64,000 bases of DNA, from contig JBLDXI010000003.1 of the NCBI GenBank assembly GCA_047495785.1, forward strand, positions 1,674,001-1,738,000, written 5' to 3'. Shown in pieces: positions 13,714 to 26,402 of the stretch. Numbering within the stretch: position 1 is the first letter of the stretch; every line of letters begins with the position of its first letter. The position numbers and the translations under genes were made by a program. The notes under the pieces are model-generated. The model had not been told where the DNA came from and searched no databases. It worked only from the letters and a program-made list of their open reading frames with translations. Source of the DNA: Lepidodermella squamata (Eukaryota > Animalia > Gastrotricha).

Positions 13714-14147
13714 TGATTGGAGAAGCAAGAAATCTTAAACATCCGGTTGCTACCTCATCTCGTCTGTTTATAACTGCTGAATTTAGAAAAATTCTGACAA
13801 TTTGCTTGAGAAATTGAGAATAAAGACTCTCTTGTGAATAACTGTCTTTTGAGTTTCTGCAGGGTACCTTGTTGCCGTAAATGGGCAAGCGAGACTGGGC
13901 TTTTGCTTCGAGTAGCTCTTCAATAAGGCACAATAAAACCAATATTTCAATACAAGCTGCGCCTCAAGTTTGTGTAAACTTCAATTAAAATGCACAATTG
14001 CCACTTCACGTCGGGGATAAGTGTCGTAGCTTAGAAGGCGCGAGTGCAAAATGAATTAGAGCTGTAAGAACAAGATTATTTTCTTCGCATTACACCTCAT
14101 TCCTCAACTGTGAATGCTATGATAAAATCAGGCAAGTCTCACGCGAG

Positions 14148-14782
14148 ATGTTGGTTATGAGAGAGGTGCGGACGTCATTTCGCCGGCACTGCTTTCAAAC
14201 CTGGTTGACACTCATCTTCCCGTCAGTTGGCGCTTACTTAGCATCATCGATTTCGGAGTCCAAATCTCCTTTCATTGATAACGCAGGTATGAGAAAAGCC
14301 TTTTTCGGTTCCATGCACTGATTTTCTGGTTCCTATAGCTTCTTTATTATCTTGCCACATGGATATGGTTGAAATCCGTCAAAATTACACGAATGGACAA
14401 CCTCGAAGTAATTGCACCATAGGGAGGAAAGGTTTCTGTTTCGTAAGTTTGATGAGCTGGAACTACTCTCCATTTTCAACTGTCTTTTCAGCGTTATAGC
14501 ATCGAAAATCTAATTTATTACGGCTGTCGCGATGAATGCAAGCCAAGCATGTATCAGTACTGCTGTATTCGGGACTACTGCAATTTCTACTACAATAAAG
14601 TGTTGTTCAACGACTGTCCCTCGCCGATAATTAACTCCCCTAGTGCAATGAACTTCTCAGCCGCAATCATTTTGATATCAACTCCCTGTTTTAGGTCGTC
14701 TGGTGCTATTTTCATTATTAAATTAGTCGTGCTTCTACTTTTATTGCTGTTTATGAATAATAAATTTTACCAAAAGGAGTGA
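14148..14782 (+). CDS. Ly6/uPAR (three-finger) protein 2, tandem paralogue of the previous gene
   Basis: Exons 14148-14286, 14339-14442, 14492-14782 with the same intron positions; LSCHMD...NCTIGRKGFCF-RY...YGCRDECKPSMYQYCCIRDYCN; hydrophobic C-terminus. Confidence 0.8.
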
Positions 14783-14933
14783 TTATGCGTGGCTCACAGT
14801 GCGTATTTTGATTGTTACAGCTCCCTCGGGGAACTACAAAAAGTTAGAAATCATGCAACAACATGAGTGCTGTGCTTGATCAGTGAAAGTTAAACGATAT
14901 TTAAAAGAGGGCATAAAATCATCTTTCATCCTA

Positions 14934-17900
14934 ATGGCTAGCCGGCGGCCTTCGGTTAGCAGCGAGCAACAACCAGGTAGCTCTCGCCGATCATCAGGAA
15001 CAGATCCAAATTCAGGTTCGAGAAGACCATCAGCCTCCGATGACTCGCCAGTGCGCGGCCCTGGAAAATTGCAAAGGCGAACTTCTAGTACTGAGGGCCG
15101 TGAAGGTAGGCGAGCATCCGTTCTCGATTCGCTACCCGCTAGTATGGCCGAAAGAACCCGACGAAGGCAGAGCATTTTCCAAAGAGCACCAATTGTCCTT
15201 ACAGAGGAGGAAATGGCAGAAATGGCTGAGAAAATCGAGGAGGAAAGGCGTGGCTTAAATGTTACAATGCCAAGTACAGCTGAGGAAACGACTGGTAAGG
15301 AAGATGAGGACGCTTTCGAGTCGGAACCTGCTCCAAAAGCGCGACAAAGGCGGCCCACTTTCATGGGTCAATTACCTAGCGACGCTTCGATGGGGGTTCT
15401 ACAGCGGAGGACCGGTCTCTTACCAGCAGCAACTTTGATGGATGCAGCAGCTGTGATGAAAACGAAAAGGCGGGGTTCAAGACGGGCGTCTGGAAAATCA
15501 GTGGGGAGGACTAGTCGGTTATCTTCGGTTTCATCGTCTGGTAGCAACGCAACTGCTCAGGAAACTGGGTCAATCGCCGGAAGCACTACCTCGACTGATC
15601 GCCAGTCGATACCCGGCGCTGCGGCAGCTGCAGCTGGTTTGATGAGGAGACGTCCTGCTCCCGCCTCAGCGGCAATGGCTGCGTCTATGCTACATACAAG
15701 AGCTGCACCTCAGTCCGCGGCTATGGCTGCTTCGATGCTTCATACGAGAAGGGCGCCTGAGTCAGCTGCAATGGCCGCCTCGTTTTTACATCCTCGCACG
15801 TCCTCCACTCCAGAATCCGCCTCACTGGCAGCTTCGCTGTTCACGAGGAAAACATCAAACCAAGGCCCAGTTGTACCATCGATGGCATATCTATTCATGG
15901 CAAGGCAAACTCTTCTTTCCCTAGCAAAGAATAGTGAATGGGCTCAGGTCGAAATGGCACTGAAGAACATGGCCAAGAATGACGACAGGCTGAACCAGGC
16001 TGATCCTGAAACTGGGGAGACCCCGCTAATGCTGGCATGCCGAGATAACAAGTTGGTAGTAATCGAGCGGCTCTTAGAACTCGGGGCTCAAGTTAACTTA
16101 AAAGCACAGGTAACAATTATACTTTTATCGAATACCAGAAGAAAACTTGAATCAAATACAGGATCGACGAACTGCCCTGCATTACGCTGCTCAGTATTGC
16201 CATGACGACGTTGTGAAGGTTTTGCTGGCTAAAAAGGCTGATCCAAATGTTTTTGGAGGGGTTAGGAGCGCCATTTTGCCGAAGTTCTTAAATTAAATAG
16301 TATTTTCATAGTTTCTAAACCAACTACCGCTTCACATGGTACTATCGAGACGTCACGGGGTTCATGTTACTGGGTTGACTTTACTTCGTGCCACAGCCAG
16401 AGATGCCCGGCTCCAAAAAGATGGTTTCGGTTATCTTCCAATCAGCTATGCTGTTCAATCCGGGTATTTCGGGATATTTCGAGAATGTCTAGTCTTTTTC
16501 CAGCAAGAACAGTTGAAATGGCGCCACGATACTACAGGCGACTATCTGGTCCATATCGCAGCCCAGCAGCGCAATCTAACAATCATGAACTACCTAGCCT
16601 CAGAATGCAACGCTGACTTGAATGTACAGAACAATGATGGTCAAACCCCTTTGCACATTCTAACAACACTTGGGGACGAAATGATGGTGCGAATGATGCA
16701 GTCCTTCAAGGCGGATGCAAATTTAATGGATGTGAACGAACAAACACCGGTATGCAAATTACTTTAGCTTGGACTTAGTAACTAATCTTCCAAATCTATA
16801 GATTCATATTGCAGCCGAACTTGGCCATACAACTATAGTTGAACTGCTGGTCGAGCGTTTCAGAGCGAAAGTGCATCTTAGGACAAAAGACGGATCAACA
16901 CTGATGCACCGAGCTGCTGAGAAAGGTTATGTTGACACAGTTGAAGCCTTCATTCGCCGGGGGGTTGCGCTCCATATGCCGAACAAGCAAGCTTTTCTGG
17001 CTCTGCATATCGCGGCTGAAAAGGGCCATAACGATGTGGTCAAATTGCTAGTCAAAAAAGGATCCCCTGTCGATGCTAGGTCACGTGAGGGCTACACAGC
17101 TCTTCATTTGGCTGTCATTCACTGCCATCCAGATGTCATTCAAGTAAGGATGAAACCAAAATTACTGAAAATTACAAGCATTGTTTGAAATTTTCCAGGT
17201 TCTCTTGGGATTCGGAGCTAAGGTAGATCTGCTAGGAGGAGCTGCTCAGGAGGCTCCATTGCACATCGCAGCCCGATTACCGGACGGTTTCGGATGTGCC
17301 GAGATGCTGCTAAAAAGTGGAGCGAATTGCAACAAAGTGAATGGCGAAAACGGCGAGACGCCTCTCCACATCGCAGCTCGCCATGGCCATCTCGATGTCA
17401 CAAACATGATATTGAGCGAAAACGGTGATCCTAAGTTGAAGTCGAAATTCGGCGAGACAGTTCTCCACGTTGCGGTCCGGTCTTGCCATTTAGATGTGGC
17501 GATTTCATTGCTCGATTTCATGAAGCGGACCTATTCCCAGGAAGCAGCAACTGCGTATATTAATGCACTTAATAACGAGGGTGAAACAGCCTTTCACCTC
17601 GGCGCCGTCCTAGAAGGTTATCAGGCTCATTACCCAGGCGAAGAGGTCGATATAATAAAACTCCTACTGGGTAAAACTCTAGGAAAAGTCTAGCTGTATC
17701 GTAATATTTCCCTATTTTTCAGAAAATGGCGCCGATCCTTTGTTGACGACTCGTCAAACTGTTGAAAATTCGTTGCACTATTGCGCAACATCTGGCAATC
17801 CAGCTATTTTTTCCGTCATCGTCGACCAGCTGGGTAATAACTTTCATACGATTTGCAACCGGCAAAACAAGATCGGCAGATCAGCGTTGATGGTCGCTTG

Positions 17901-20900
17901 TGAACAGGGCCACGCTGAGATCGTTGAAATCCTCCTCAAAAACAACGCAAGAGTTGATGTGTTTGATGAGGTTAGTTATATATAATGAATGATGAATGAT
18001 GATTTCAGTTGTGCCTAATTTTAGCAAGGCAAAGCTGCCCTTCACCTTGCCGCTGAAAATGGCCATACTGAGTGTTGCGAGGTTCTGTTAAAGCATCGAG
18101 CCTTTGTAAACGTGAAATCCAGGCTCGGCTTCACTCCTCTCCACTTCGCCGCCCAGAATGGCTATACCAACCTTGTCAAACTCTTGATCGAAAAGTATCA
18201 TGCTACAGTCGGGGCCTTATCACTTGATAAGAAGACCCCTCTCCATTTAGCCTCAGGTATACTCTAGAAATCTGGCAAATGCCCGTCCCGATGCCTAATT
18301 TTTCAATTCTAGAGTATGGCCGTAAGGAAGTTTGCCAGTTGTTGATGAATTTGCGTGGTAATCCAACTGCTACCGATGAGTTGGGCCACAAGCCTGTTCA
18401 TCTAGCTGCCCAAAATGACCACAGCAGTGTGATGAAGTTGTATATTAAAAGCACACCGGATTTAGTGACATCGGTCAACAAGGTATGAGACAGTTCGAAT
18501 TTTCAGCTGTTGATTAATGCGAAGCCAACATTATGTAGAACGGCATGACATGTGCTCACATTGCGGCTAATAAGGGATCACTGAGCGTGATTAAGGAGCT
18601 GATGAAGTTCAACAAAAACTTGGTTGTAGCTGCAAGGGTAAGTGGTGCCGCGAACAACACCCTGAACGATTCGCTGCCAATTCATTTGGCTGTGAGCGGG
18701 GGATACTCTGATGTCGTACGCGAGCTAATCGACGCTGGAACCTCGGCAACCGCGGAAAATTATGAAGGAATGAATGCTATTCATCTGGTTAGCTCTTGCT
18801 TCATTATGTTTATTGACTATGAATTTTAGTTTGGAAATTTAGGCAGCAAAGGAAGGTAACGTGGAGGTGCTCCAAGGAATCCCTTCGAAGCTAAGCCTGA
18901 AGATTCTCAGTCAAAAAGTAAGTTAAGATTAGAAATTTTGGAGTTAGAGCCCTGCCTTATATTACGCAGAATGGACTTTCACCAATCCATGTTGCTGCTT
19001 TCTATGGCAACGCTGAATTCGTTCGGGAAATCCTTCAATATGTTGACGCAAATATCAAGTCCCAAGCTCCTCTGAGTGCCAACACTGTATCAGACCCCAT
19101 TCTACGAAATTTGATTAACAGTGATGTAATATTTGACTGCTTTAATTCAATGTTTCCACCTATTTGATTTTCAGAATGGCTTGACCTGTTTACACCTTGC
19201 ATCGTTCAGTGGCCATGCCAATGTTGTAAGACAGCTGTTGAACGTAGCCGGTGTGGAATTCGATCTTCCAACGGCTCAATTAGGCCGTTATCCAGTGCAT
19301 TGGGCCTGTTACAATGGTATTTCAATTTGTTAATGTTTTACTTGAGTTTCACTTGGCAATGCTCCTTAGGTCATTTGCCTGTTGTCAGCATCCTCATGTC
19401 TCGGTCCTCTGGGCTGCTCAGCGTCTCGGATAACCGCGGTCGCATGCCCGTAAATTCAGTCTTTCAACGTTTTTCTAACCTTATTTTGTTACAATGAATT
19501 TACAGTTGCATCTTGCGGCTGACAACGGTCATATCGAAATGGTTGCAACATTGCTTGGACAAGGTGCTGAAATCAATGCCCGTGACCAAGATCGATGGAC
19601 AGCGCTTCACTACGCAACTCGGGGTGGCTACCTACCTTTAGTGCGGCTTCTGATCGAAGCAGGTGCAACGCCAACTTTGAAGACTAAGGAAGACCAAACC
19701 GCCCTGATGCTAGCCACTAGTGGTGGCCACATCGATGTCTACAGATATCTGGTTGAGAAGGACCATGACACTGAAGAGTTGATGGAGGAGAGCCCTTTCC
19801 TTATGAACCTAATGCTGTGTTCGAAAAGCAACAATAACAAATCGATAGACGAATTCGTCGACAATTCAAAGGCGCCGCTTTACACAGCAGCTCGCCTGGC
19901 TCGTTTGTATCGTGATTTGGCCTTCAAAGAGAAGGAGCGGGCGAAAGATCTGAATGATTGCGGGCGCTATCTCGAACACACTGCGACTGAATTGCTAGGC
20001 ATCGCAGCAACTGCTGCCCCGCCCTCTGCCATTCTACGCTCAGTTGACAGTAAGGCTGTCCAGTTCTTGGACATGCTTTTGGAAGATAATTTGAAAGATG
20101 TAATCGAACATGCTGTTGTACAGCGGTACCTAAGTGACGTTTGGGCTGGTTCACTCAGCAAATGGACTGGCAGAAAATTGATTTTGCTATTCCTTGGCTT
20201 CTACTTCTTCCCACCACTTTGGGCGTACTATTCGATGCCGCTATCAAGATATCACTACCACTACCATATTCCAATAATCAAGTTTATGGCTCTTCTTGTT
20301 TCCCATTTTCACTTAATTACGCTGCTGACCATCATAGCAGCTCTACCTTTGCATCCAATAGTGTATAGGACGGATTTTCGGCCGTATTGGTACGAATATG
20401 TGTTACTAGCTTGGGTTTCGGGTATGCTGGTCTCGGAGTTGACGAACCAAGGCTCGCGCTCTGGTCTTAGCCTTCTGCGACCTGTCATCGTAATATTCTC
20501 AGTTGCAGCTTCAATTTGTCAAGGAGCAGCCATTATTCATGAGTAAGATAAAACCCATTATTCAATTAGTCTTTGGGTAACAGTTTTTTAGGGAGGTGTT
20601 TATGAACCATCCATACGCCGTAACCATCATGTGGGTCCGTAACTTCATGCTGTCACTCTCTCTTTTCGCGGCTATAATTCTCACGCTTGGTGAGTCAATT
20701 TCAAAACAATTGTCTCCTTTACTATATTTTGATTTCAGATTTCCTTTTGATTCATCACCTTTTCGGCGAATTTGGTATCATTATAAGCGCCGTGTTCAAA
20801 GACCTAGTCACTTTTCTGGTTGTCGTCATGATTTTCGTCTTCGCATTTTCTTTCCAGCTTTGTTGCGTTTATTCGCCTGTTCAAGGCAGCCGATATGTAG

Positions 20901-23265
20901 CTCTTGAAGAAGCGAAAATTGCTGCACGGTCGGAGGCAGCAACTACAACGGCAGCAGTAACTCCAAACCTAACGACTCCTCAGAGCTTTGAAACGAGTGG
21001 ATCTGGAGAATTCCCCACTGAAGTGTCACTGGAAATCCTTGATTTTGAAATTTCAACGACAAAACATCATTCGACCCATTCTTTTACTACGCTGCCAAAT
21101 TGGAGCCACTTGGATTACAGTTCGAATGGGACCTTTGAAGTTTCGCACAAAAATTCGACAACTCGAAGCACGGCCTTGAACACAACTACAAGCTCTATTC
21201 CGAGAAATGGCACAACCAAATCAAACCTTTCCAGAGGAGTTTTTACTACCTTTCGGCCAACCCCGAGCTTCAACTTGAGCAGTACTGTCAGCAGGAGGAA
21301 CAATACTTCGGGAACTACAGTAAAACCTCTTGGTTTGATAGCATCAACCCGGGCTGTTACTACCTTACCAACGCTATCAGCTGGAAACCGAACTACTGTA
21401 AAATACACTGCTACTGGTACTACAGTGAGACCTCTGGGATTGATGGCATCTACTCTTGTTGTCCCGAATTCAGTCGTACCAACGCAGTCGACCTCGCAAG
21501 CTAAAAGCTCGACTATTCCATTCACGACAACTGCTGCAACAGCTAATGTAACAGTGGCTAAGAGGCTTAATGGAACAACACTGGTCCCCGGGAATTTTTC
21601 TAGCCTTACAACATCGACGCCTATCAACAGAACAACAGCTTCGGTTCGATACAACGCAACTGCAGCCATGATTACTAAACTTCCTAATTCAACGAATGCA
21701 ATTAAGGTTTCTAATGGGACCACTGTGGTACCGAGTTTCAACTATTCTACCCCGAGATTGAATATGACAACCCCGAACCCTAGGTTCATCAATGCTACAA
21801 CTTCCGCAGTTAATCGGACCATGTTAAACTCTACCACGACCAAAGCGAACTATACAACTGGCAGGAGTAATACTACGACATCCCCCTTTCAAGCGAACGC
21901 TACGAAAATTAACTCTACTACGGTCAAACCGCCCAACTCAAACACTACGATGACTGCTAACTCGACTCGAACGTCAATAACTCCGCAAAGGAACAATCAA
22001 ACTTACTCTGTGAATGCTACGAATTCGCCTGCTGTAAATGCATCTAGAATTGGCAACAGACCTAAGCGTGTTAAAAGCGCGCCGCAGAAGTGCAAATTGC
22101 CCAATCGGGATGGCTCGAAGCACGGGAAGAACGCATCTACCCTTGAGGAAGAAATCGCTAAGAAACAGGTAGAAGTAAGCGAAGAAGACAGTGAAGTTAC
22201 CGTCCAAAATAACAAGTAAGTGCCAAGTTATCGTAGATTACATGGCTTGAAATTGTTCCTTTGATAGGGATCCTTTCATTCTCATTTTCATTTTCAATGC
22301 GCTGTATTTTGGTTTGTTCGGCATGATCACTCTGGATACGTTGCCCGTTGTGAAAGATGGTCCGTGGTGGGCTCATTATCTCATCGAGATGTATGGTTTA
22401 CTCGAACTAAATAAAAGCTAAATTTTAGCTTTTTATTATTCTAGCTACCTTGGTATTTACTTGATGGTTACATGTAAGATTTAGAGTTAAACATCTCTCA
22501 TTTAACGGTTTTTCTTCCTAATAGCCATTGTTCTTGTCCCGCTGTTAATTGCCATGTTGACTGAGACTTACATAAGAATTCATTTGCGATCTGAGATCGA
22601 ATGGAAATTCGGCCGAGCGAAACTCATCCGCTCTATGGTTAAAATGTAAGTGGTGCCACAAGTATAGTTTCCTCCTTAATTTTGATCATTTCAGCTCCCC
22701 TACGCCTCCACCCCTTAATTTGTTTGTGCGACCTTACGCCTACATCATGGCTCTGAAAAATCACGGCTGGGACATGTTTACCATCTACGCAAATTATTAC
22801 CTTGATATGGATGAGCGGGAAGGTGCGAACGACGCTATTGACGGCCGATCTACTACCGCAGGTTCCCGTGGCGCGAAATCTACACCAAAACGTACTGGTG
22901 CTGCAAAATCAGCCCTTCAAGGCCTTTACAGACGACTGCTACTGACTCGTCTTGCTAATTGCATACCCTTTCTGGCTAGCCGTCGTGACGCGCTTGGAAT
23001 AACCTTGGCTACCCCAGCTGCCGCTGGCCAGGCTCCTCGTGTTGTTGCTGCTGATGAAGGGCCGCAGAGAATCGAGGAAGTTTGTGATTGGAAACTTGTA
23101 GTCAAAAGATACCGCTCTGGAACCACATCTGATACACTACTACTAGAGTCGAACCGTGACGATGTACCAGATATTCCTGACTTCGTAGTTGAGAACCACG
23201 GCAAATCTGATGGAGGTGGAGGATTCTCCCACATTGGGCCGTCTATTCTAGGAGTTGCATCGTAG
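14934..23265 (+). CDS. nompC: TRPN/NompC-family mechanosensitive TRP channel (long ankyrin array, 6 TM, TRP box), divergent
   Basis: Well over 20 ankyrin repeats (GETPLMLAC, GQTPLHI, GETPLHIAARHGH, etc.); linker KEKERAKDL...VVQRYLSDVWAG; S4-S5 DFLLIHHLFGEFGIII...KDL (NompC DFLSFHHLFGPWAIII..KDL); pore LYFGLFG; S6/TRP box LLIAMLTETYIRIHLRSEIEWKFGRAKLIR and PPPLNL. Many short GT-AG introns and a 29-nt micro-exon at 22445-22473. Confidence 0.9.
15657..15848 (+). repeat. Four ~48-bp (16-aa) coding tandem repeats in the TRPN N-terminus
   Basis: APASAAMAASMLHTRA / APQSAAMAASMLHTRR / APESAAMAASFLHPRT / (S)TPESASLAASLFTR. Confidence 0.8.
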
Positions 23266-23685
23266 TTGAACAAGTTTCTCGTAAAATTTGAAGCTCACTC
23301 GCTGAATTGGTTATATTTTCATTAATTCACTATAACGCTTTTGCTTGACAAATAATCGCAGCTAGGAGCCTCGTAAATAAAAAACCATGTGTTGTTGGGT
23401 CGCAGCCCACTCAGTGTGTACATGCTTGTCATCAGTTTTGTATCCATGAAAGATTTTTCCGTGTAAGCAAGGCAAAATCTGGTATGTAAATTTAAGCTAA
23501 ATAACCCGAAAACTTGTACCGCGTAGATTTTCAAAGCTCCATCTCACTTTTTTGTTGACTGGTGAAAACATCATGCGACGGTCGCCAAAAAACCGCCAGG
23601 ATTAATTACCATATTTTCCGGCTGCCATGCCGTTTTTTATCACTCGCCGGTACAGTTTTATTTTTCCTCTGGGAATTTCTGTTTC

Positions 23686-25309
23686 ATGCGGTCTAGAACA
23701 GTTTCAGAGAAAAATTCAGTGTCCATTAATGGGACCGAAGAATTTTTCGCGATCGACTCCTCACTGCCTAAAATTAGCACCGACAGTTTGCCAGCTCCAG
23801 CTAATGGAAGCACTACGCCACTTGTAACTCCAGCTATCAGCGAGCCGAGTGTTGCCAAAAAGTCTAATTTACGACCGCTACGAAGCCCTGGACCACAAAG
23901 AACTCGCCGTTGGACTGAAAGCAATGGTGTACAAAATAATAATTCGCTGAAACGACAGCCTTACAACAATAAACCGGATATTGCAGAAGAAGATGAGCTT
24001 TTTCTCAGAATTGATGATGATCTAAGCCTGAATGGAACCCGACGACCATTGTCTACAACGAGCTCTGCGCCGTTGGAGTCACCGAAGGAATGCATACTAC
24101 CAATCTCTGAACTGCCGCTTGAACACAAGCATAACAGACAGCGGCTAGTTTCAAAAGATGGGTCGGTGAACGTTCAAATCGGGGATTCGTCCAAGAAAAA
24201 AGAACTATCCATGTAAGATGTCCAACTCCCGTTAAATCATCTTAACGCAACCTCATGTTTCAGGGATTTCTTTGACCTGTACACGACAATGCTAGAGCTG
24301 AAGTGGAGCCATTTGTTACTAATGATTTGCGTGAGCCTGATTTTCAGCTGGGCCTTCTTTGCCTTGTGTTGGTACGTAATCATAACTTATCGAGGCGACT
24401 TAGGTTATCTAAGCCGACCTGCCGGCAATGAAACAAACCCAGAGGAGCCTTACATGCCCTGTGTGGTGGGTGTCGACTCTTACACGACAGCATTTCTTTA
24501 CACCTTGGAAGCTCAGACTACCATTGGATTCGGTAGCAGGCATCCAACTGACCGCTGCATTGAATCAATTTTCCTGCTTATTATACAAACAGTGCTCGTA
24601 AGGTTCACCGCTTACCATTTGTAGAACTTCTTTTTGTAACATTAGTCCAGGCTGTCTGCCAAATGGGAACTGTTGGAGCACTTATGGCTGGCAAATTCAT
24701 CAAACCGAATAGAAGGAAGCATGCTTTGAAACTCTCAAAGTATGCTTGCATCGATACCCCTCAGTTCCAAGTCGGCTCTGAATTGGTTATTCGAATGTAT
24801 GATTTGAGACAAAAATCGCGAATAATTGTTCAAAACGTATGGGGCGTCTTAGTACGGCGTGGTGTCAATCCGAAAACTGGTGCTCCAAGTAAGCTTTTTC
24901 TATTTAAGAATCAGTTTGGCTTTCAAATTTTCGCTTAGCGCTGAAATCTTGTGAGGTTTCATTCAAACCAAATTATGGAATGGGAGCTGGTAATATTTTG
25001 CTTACGGTTTTTCCTGTAACTTTGGTTCATGAGATCGATGCGACTAGCCCGTTCTTGGGGATGTCACCACGAGATTTGATGCTTGGAGGTTCTGCCTCGT
25101 CTTTTGAGCTTATTGTAGCGGTTGATGGTATGATGGAATGCAATGGCTTGGCTTTTCGCAAGCTCTCAAGCTATCTCCCAGACGAAATAAAGTTGGCTCA
25201 CTCCTTCGAAGAAATTCATGGTTCGTTACACGGCAACCGTTTTTCAGTAGACTTCAACAAGTTGGAATCAGTTGTTTCGCTCCCCGTGAAATTTTCCAGG
25301 CAAACGTGA
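23686..25309 (+). CDS. Inward-rectifier potassium channel (Kir family), divergent, GFG filter
   Basis: Exons ~23686-24212, 24264-24597, 24651-24888, 24939-25309. RLVSKDGSVNV, DLYTTMLELKW, M1, PCV...AFLYTLEAQTTIGFGSRHPTDRC, KPNRR, VHEIDATSP, FELIVAVDG, SSYLPDEI, VDFNK are canonical Kir motifs. Confidence 0.9.
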
Positions 25310-26402
25310 GGCCTCCTTCGCTTCAATTGGTTGACATGCAGCTGCTGAATTCCATACTGATAAGACTGCGCTTCATTGAATTTAATTCCCCAAGTTCATT
25401 TCTAAACAAATAAACAAGGCATAGATTCGATAGGTGCCGCTGAATAACAACTCTAACAGAGAACAGATGTGTAACAGAAATGTTCGCCATGTTAACAATT
25501 TCGCGAGACCACGAAAATGTTTCGAGATTGGCAGCTAATACCCCAACGTTATATTAGCGTATACAGGATTTAACTTCAGTATAGGGTTCTAACAATTACG
25601 ACGTTGCATGATGACGCCGTGTAAGCGACAAACAACGGCGTTGTCGAGTGAGTTATCATCAACCCTATGGCAGAGGTCACAGCAAATATTCAGAAGCTTT
25701 AAAGCGGGCCAAGAAGGTGGTTTGACAGATAGCACTAAGAGCGCGGTTTAAGAAACATCAAGCCAGTCGCCAACCTGAAACCCAAAAGACAGGAAGACAA
25801 AAAAATCAGAAAGATGCGAGCCTCCAGGTGCTAGAAAACATGCAGATAGAGAAGCCCGTATTTCATTGGGCTTTCATGTTAATAACTTTATTTCATTTTT
25901 TTAACAATAATTTTCAGCAAAAGTGTTTTGACCTTGAAGTCTGCGATTCAAACCATGTGGCGCGCACTTTTACCTGCGGAGCAAGCGCGCGTTGGATTGA
26001 TGCTTCAAATCTTGCTTTCATGGCTGTTGCGATGGGTTTTGGATTCAAGGCTCAATTGCTATATTTTATGCATAGGATAGCAGTTGACTCATCAACATGC
26101 TTAGTGGCGTCTAGGATTCCACCCTTTCAACTTAGAAAGGTAAAGTTGAAGTGGATCAGAAGCCGACCGATCTTTGTCCGTAGAGAGAGAGGGATGAATT
26201 CCATTTCAACCCGCCTCTAATTCGGGATTTGGGCCCAACTCATTAAAATGTTCTATTTTTATTCTATGTTTTATCCATGTTAGCACATTCCATGCCTTTC
26301 ACCGTCTAGCCGCTGCTTCTTACCGCCTAAAATCTCTATTCCATTCTAATAATGACGAATCAGTCTCTCATCGTATTATTTTAGTTGTTTTTACTGCTAG
26401 AC

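Noticed and set aside
25600-26110. piggyBac-like fragments (RRCRVSY...KRAKKV; WLLRWVLDSRLNCYIL)
   Set aside because: Weak similarity, the order is reversed relative to a real transposase, and no TTAA/TIR ends are seen; needs a profile search.
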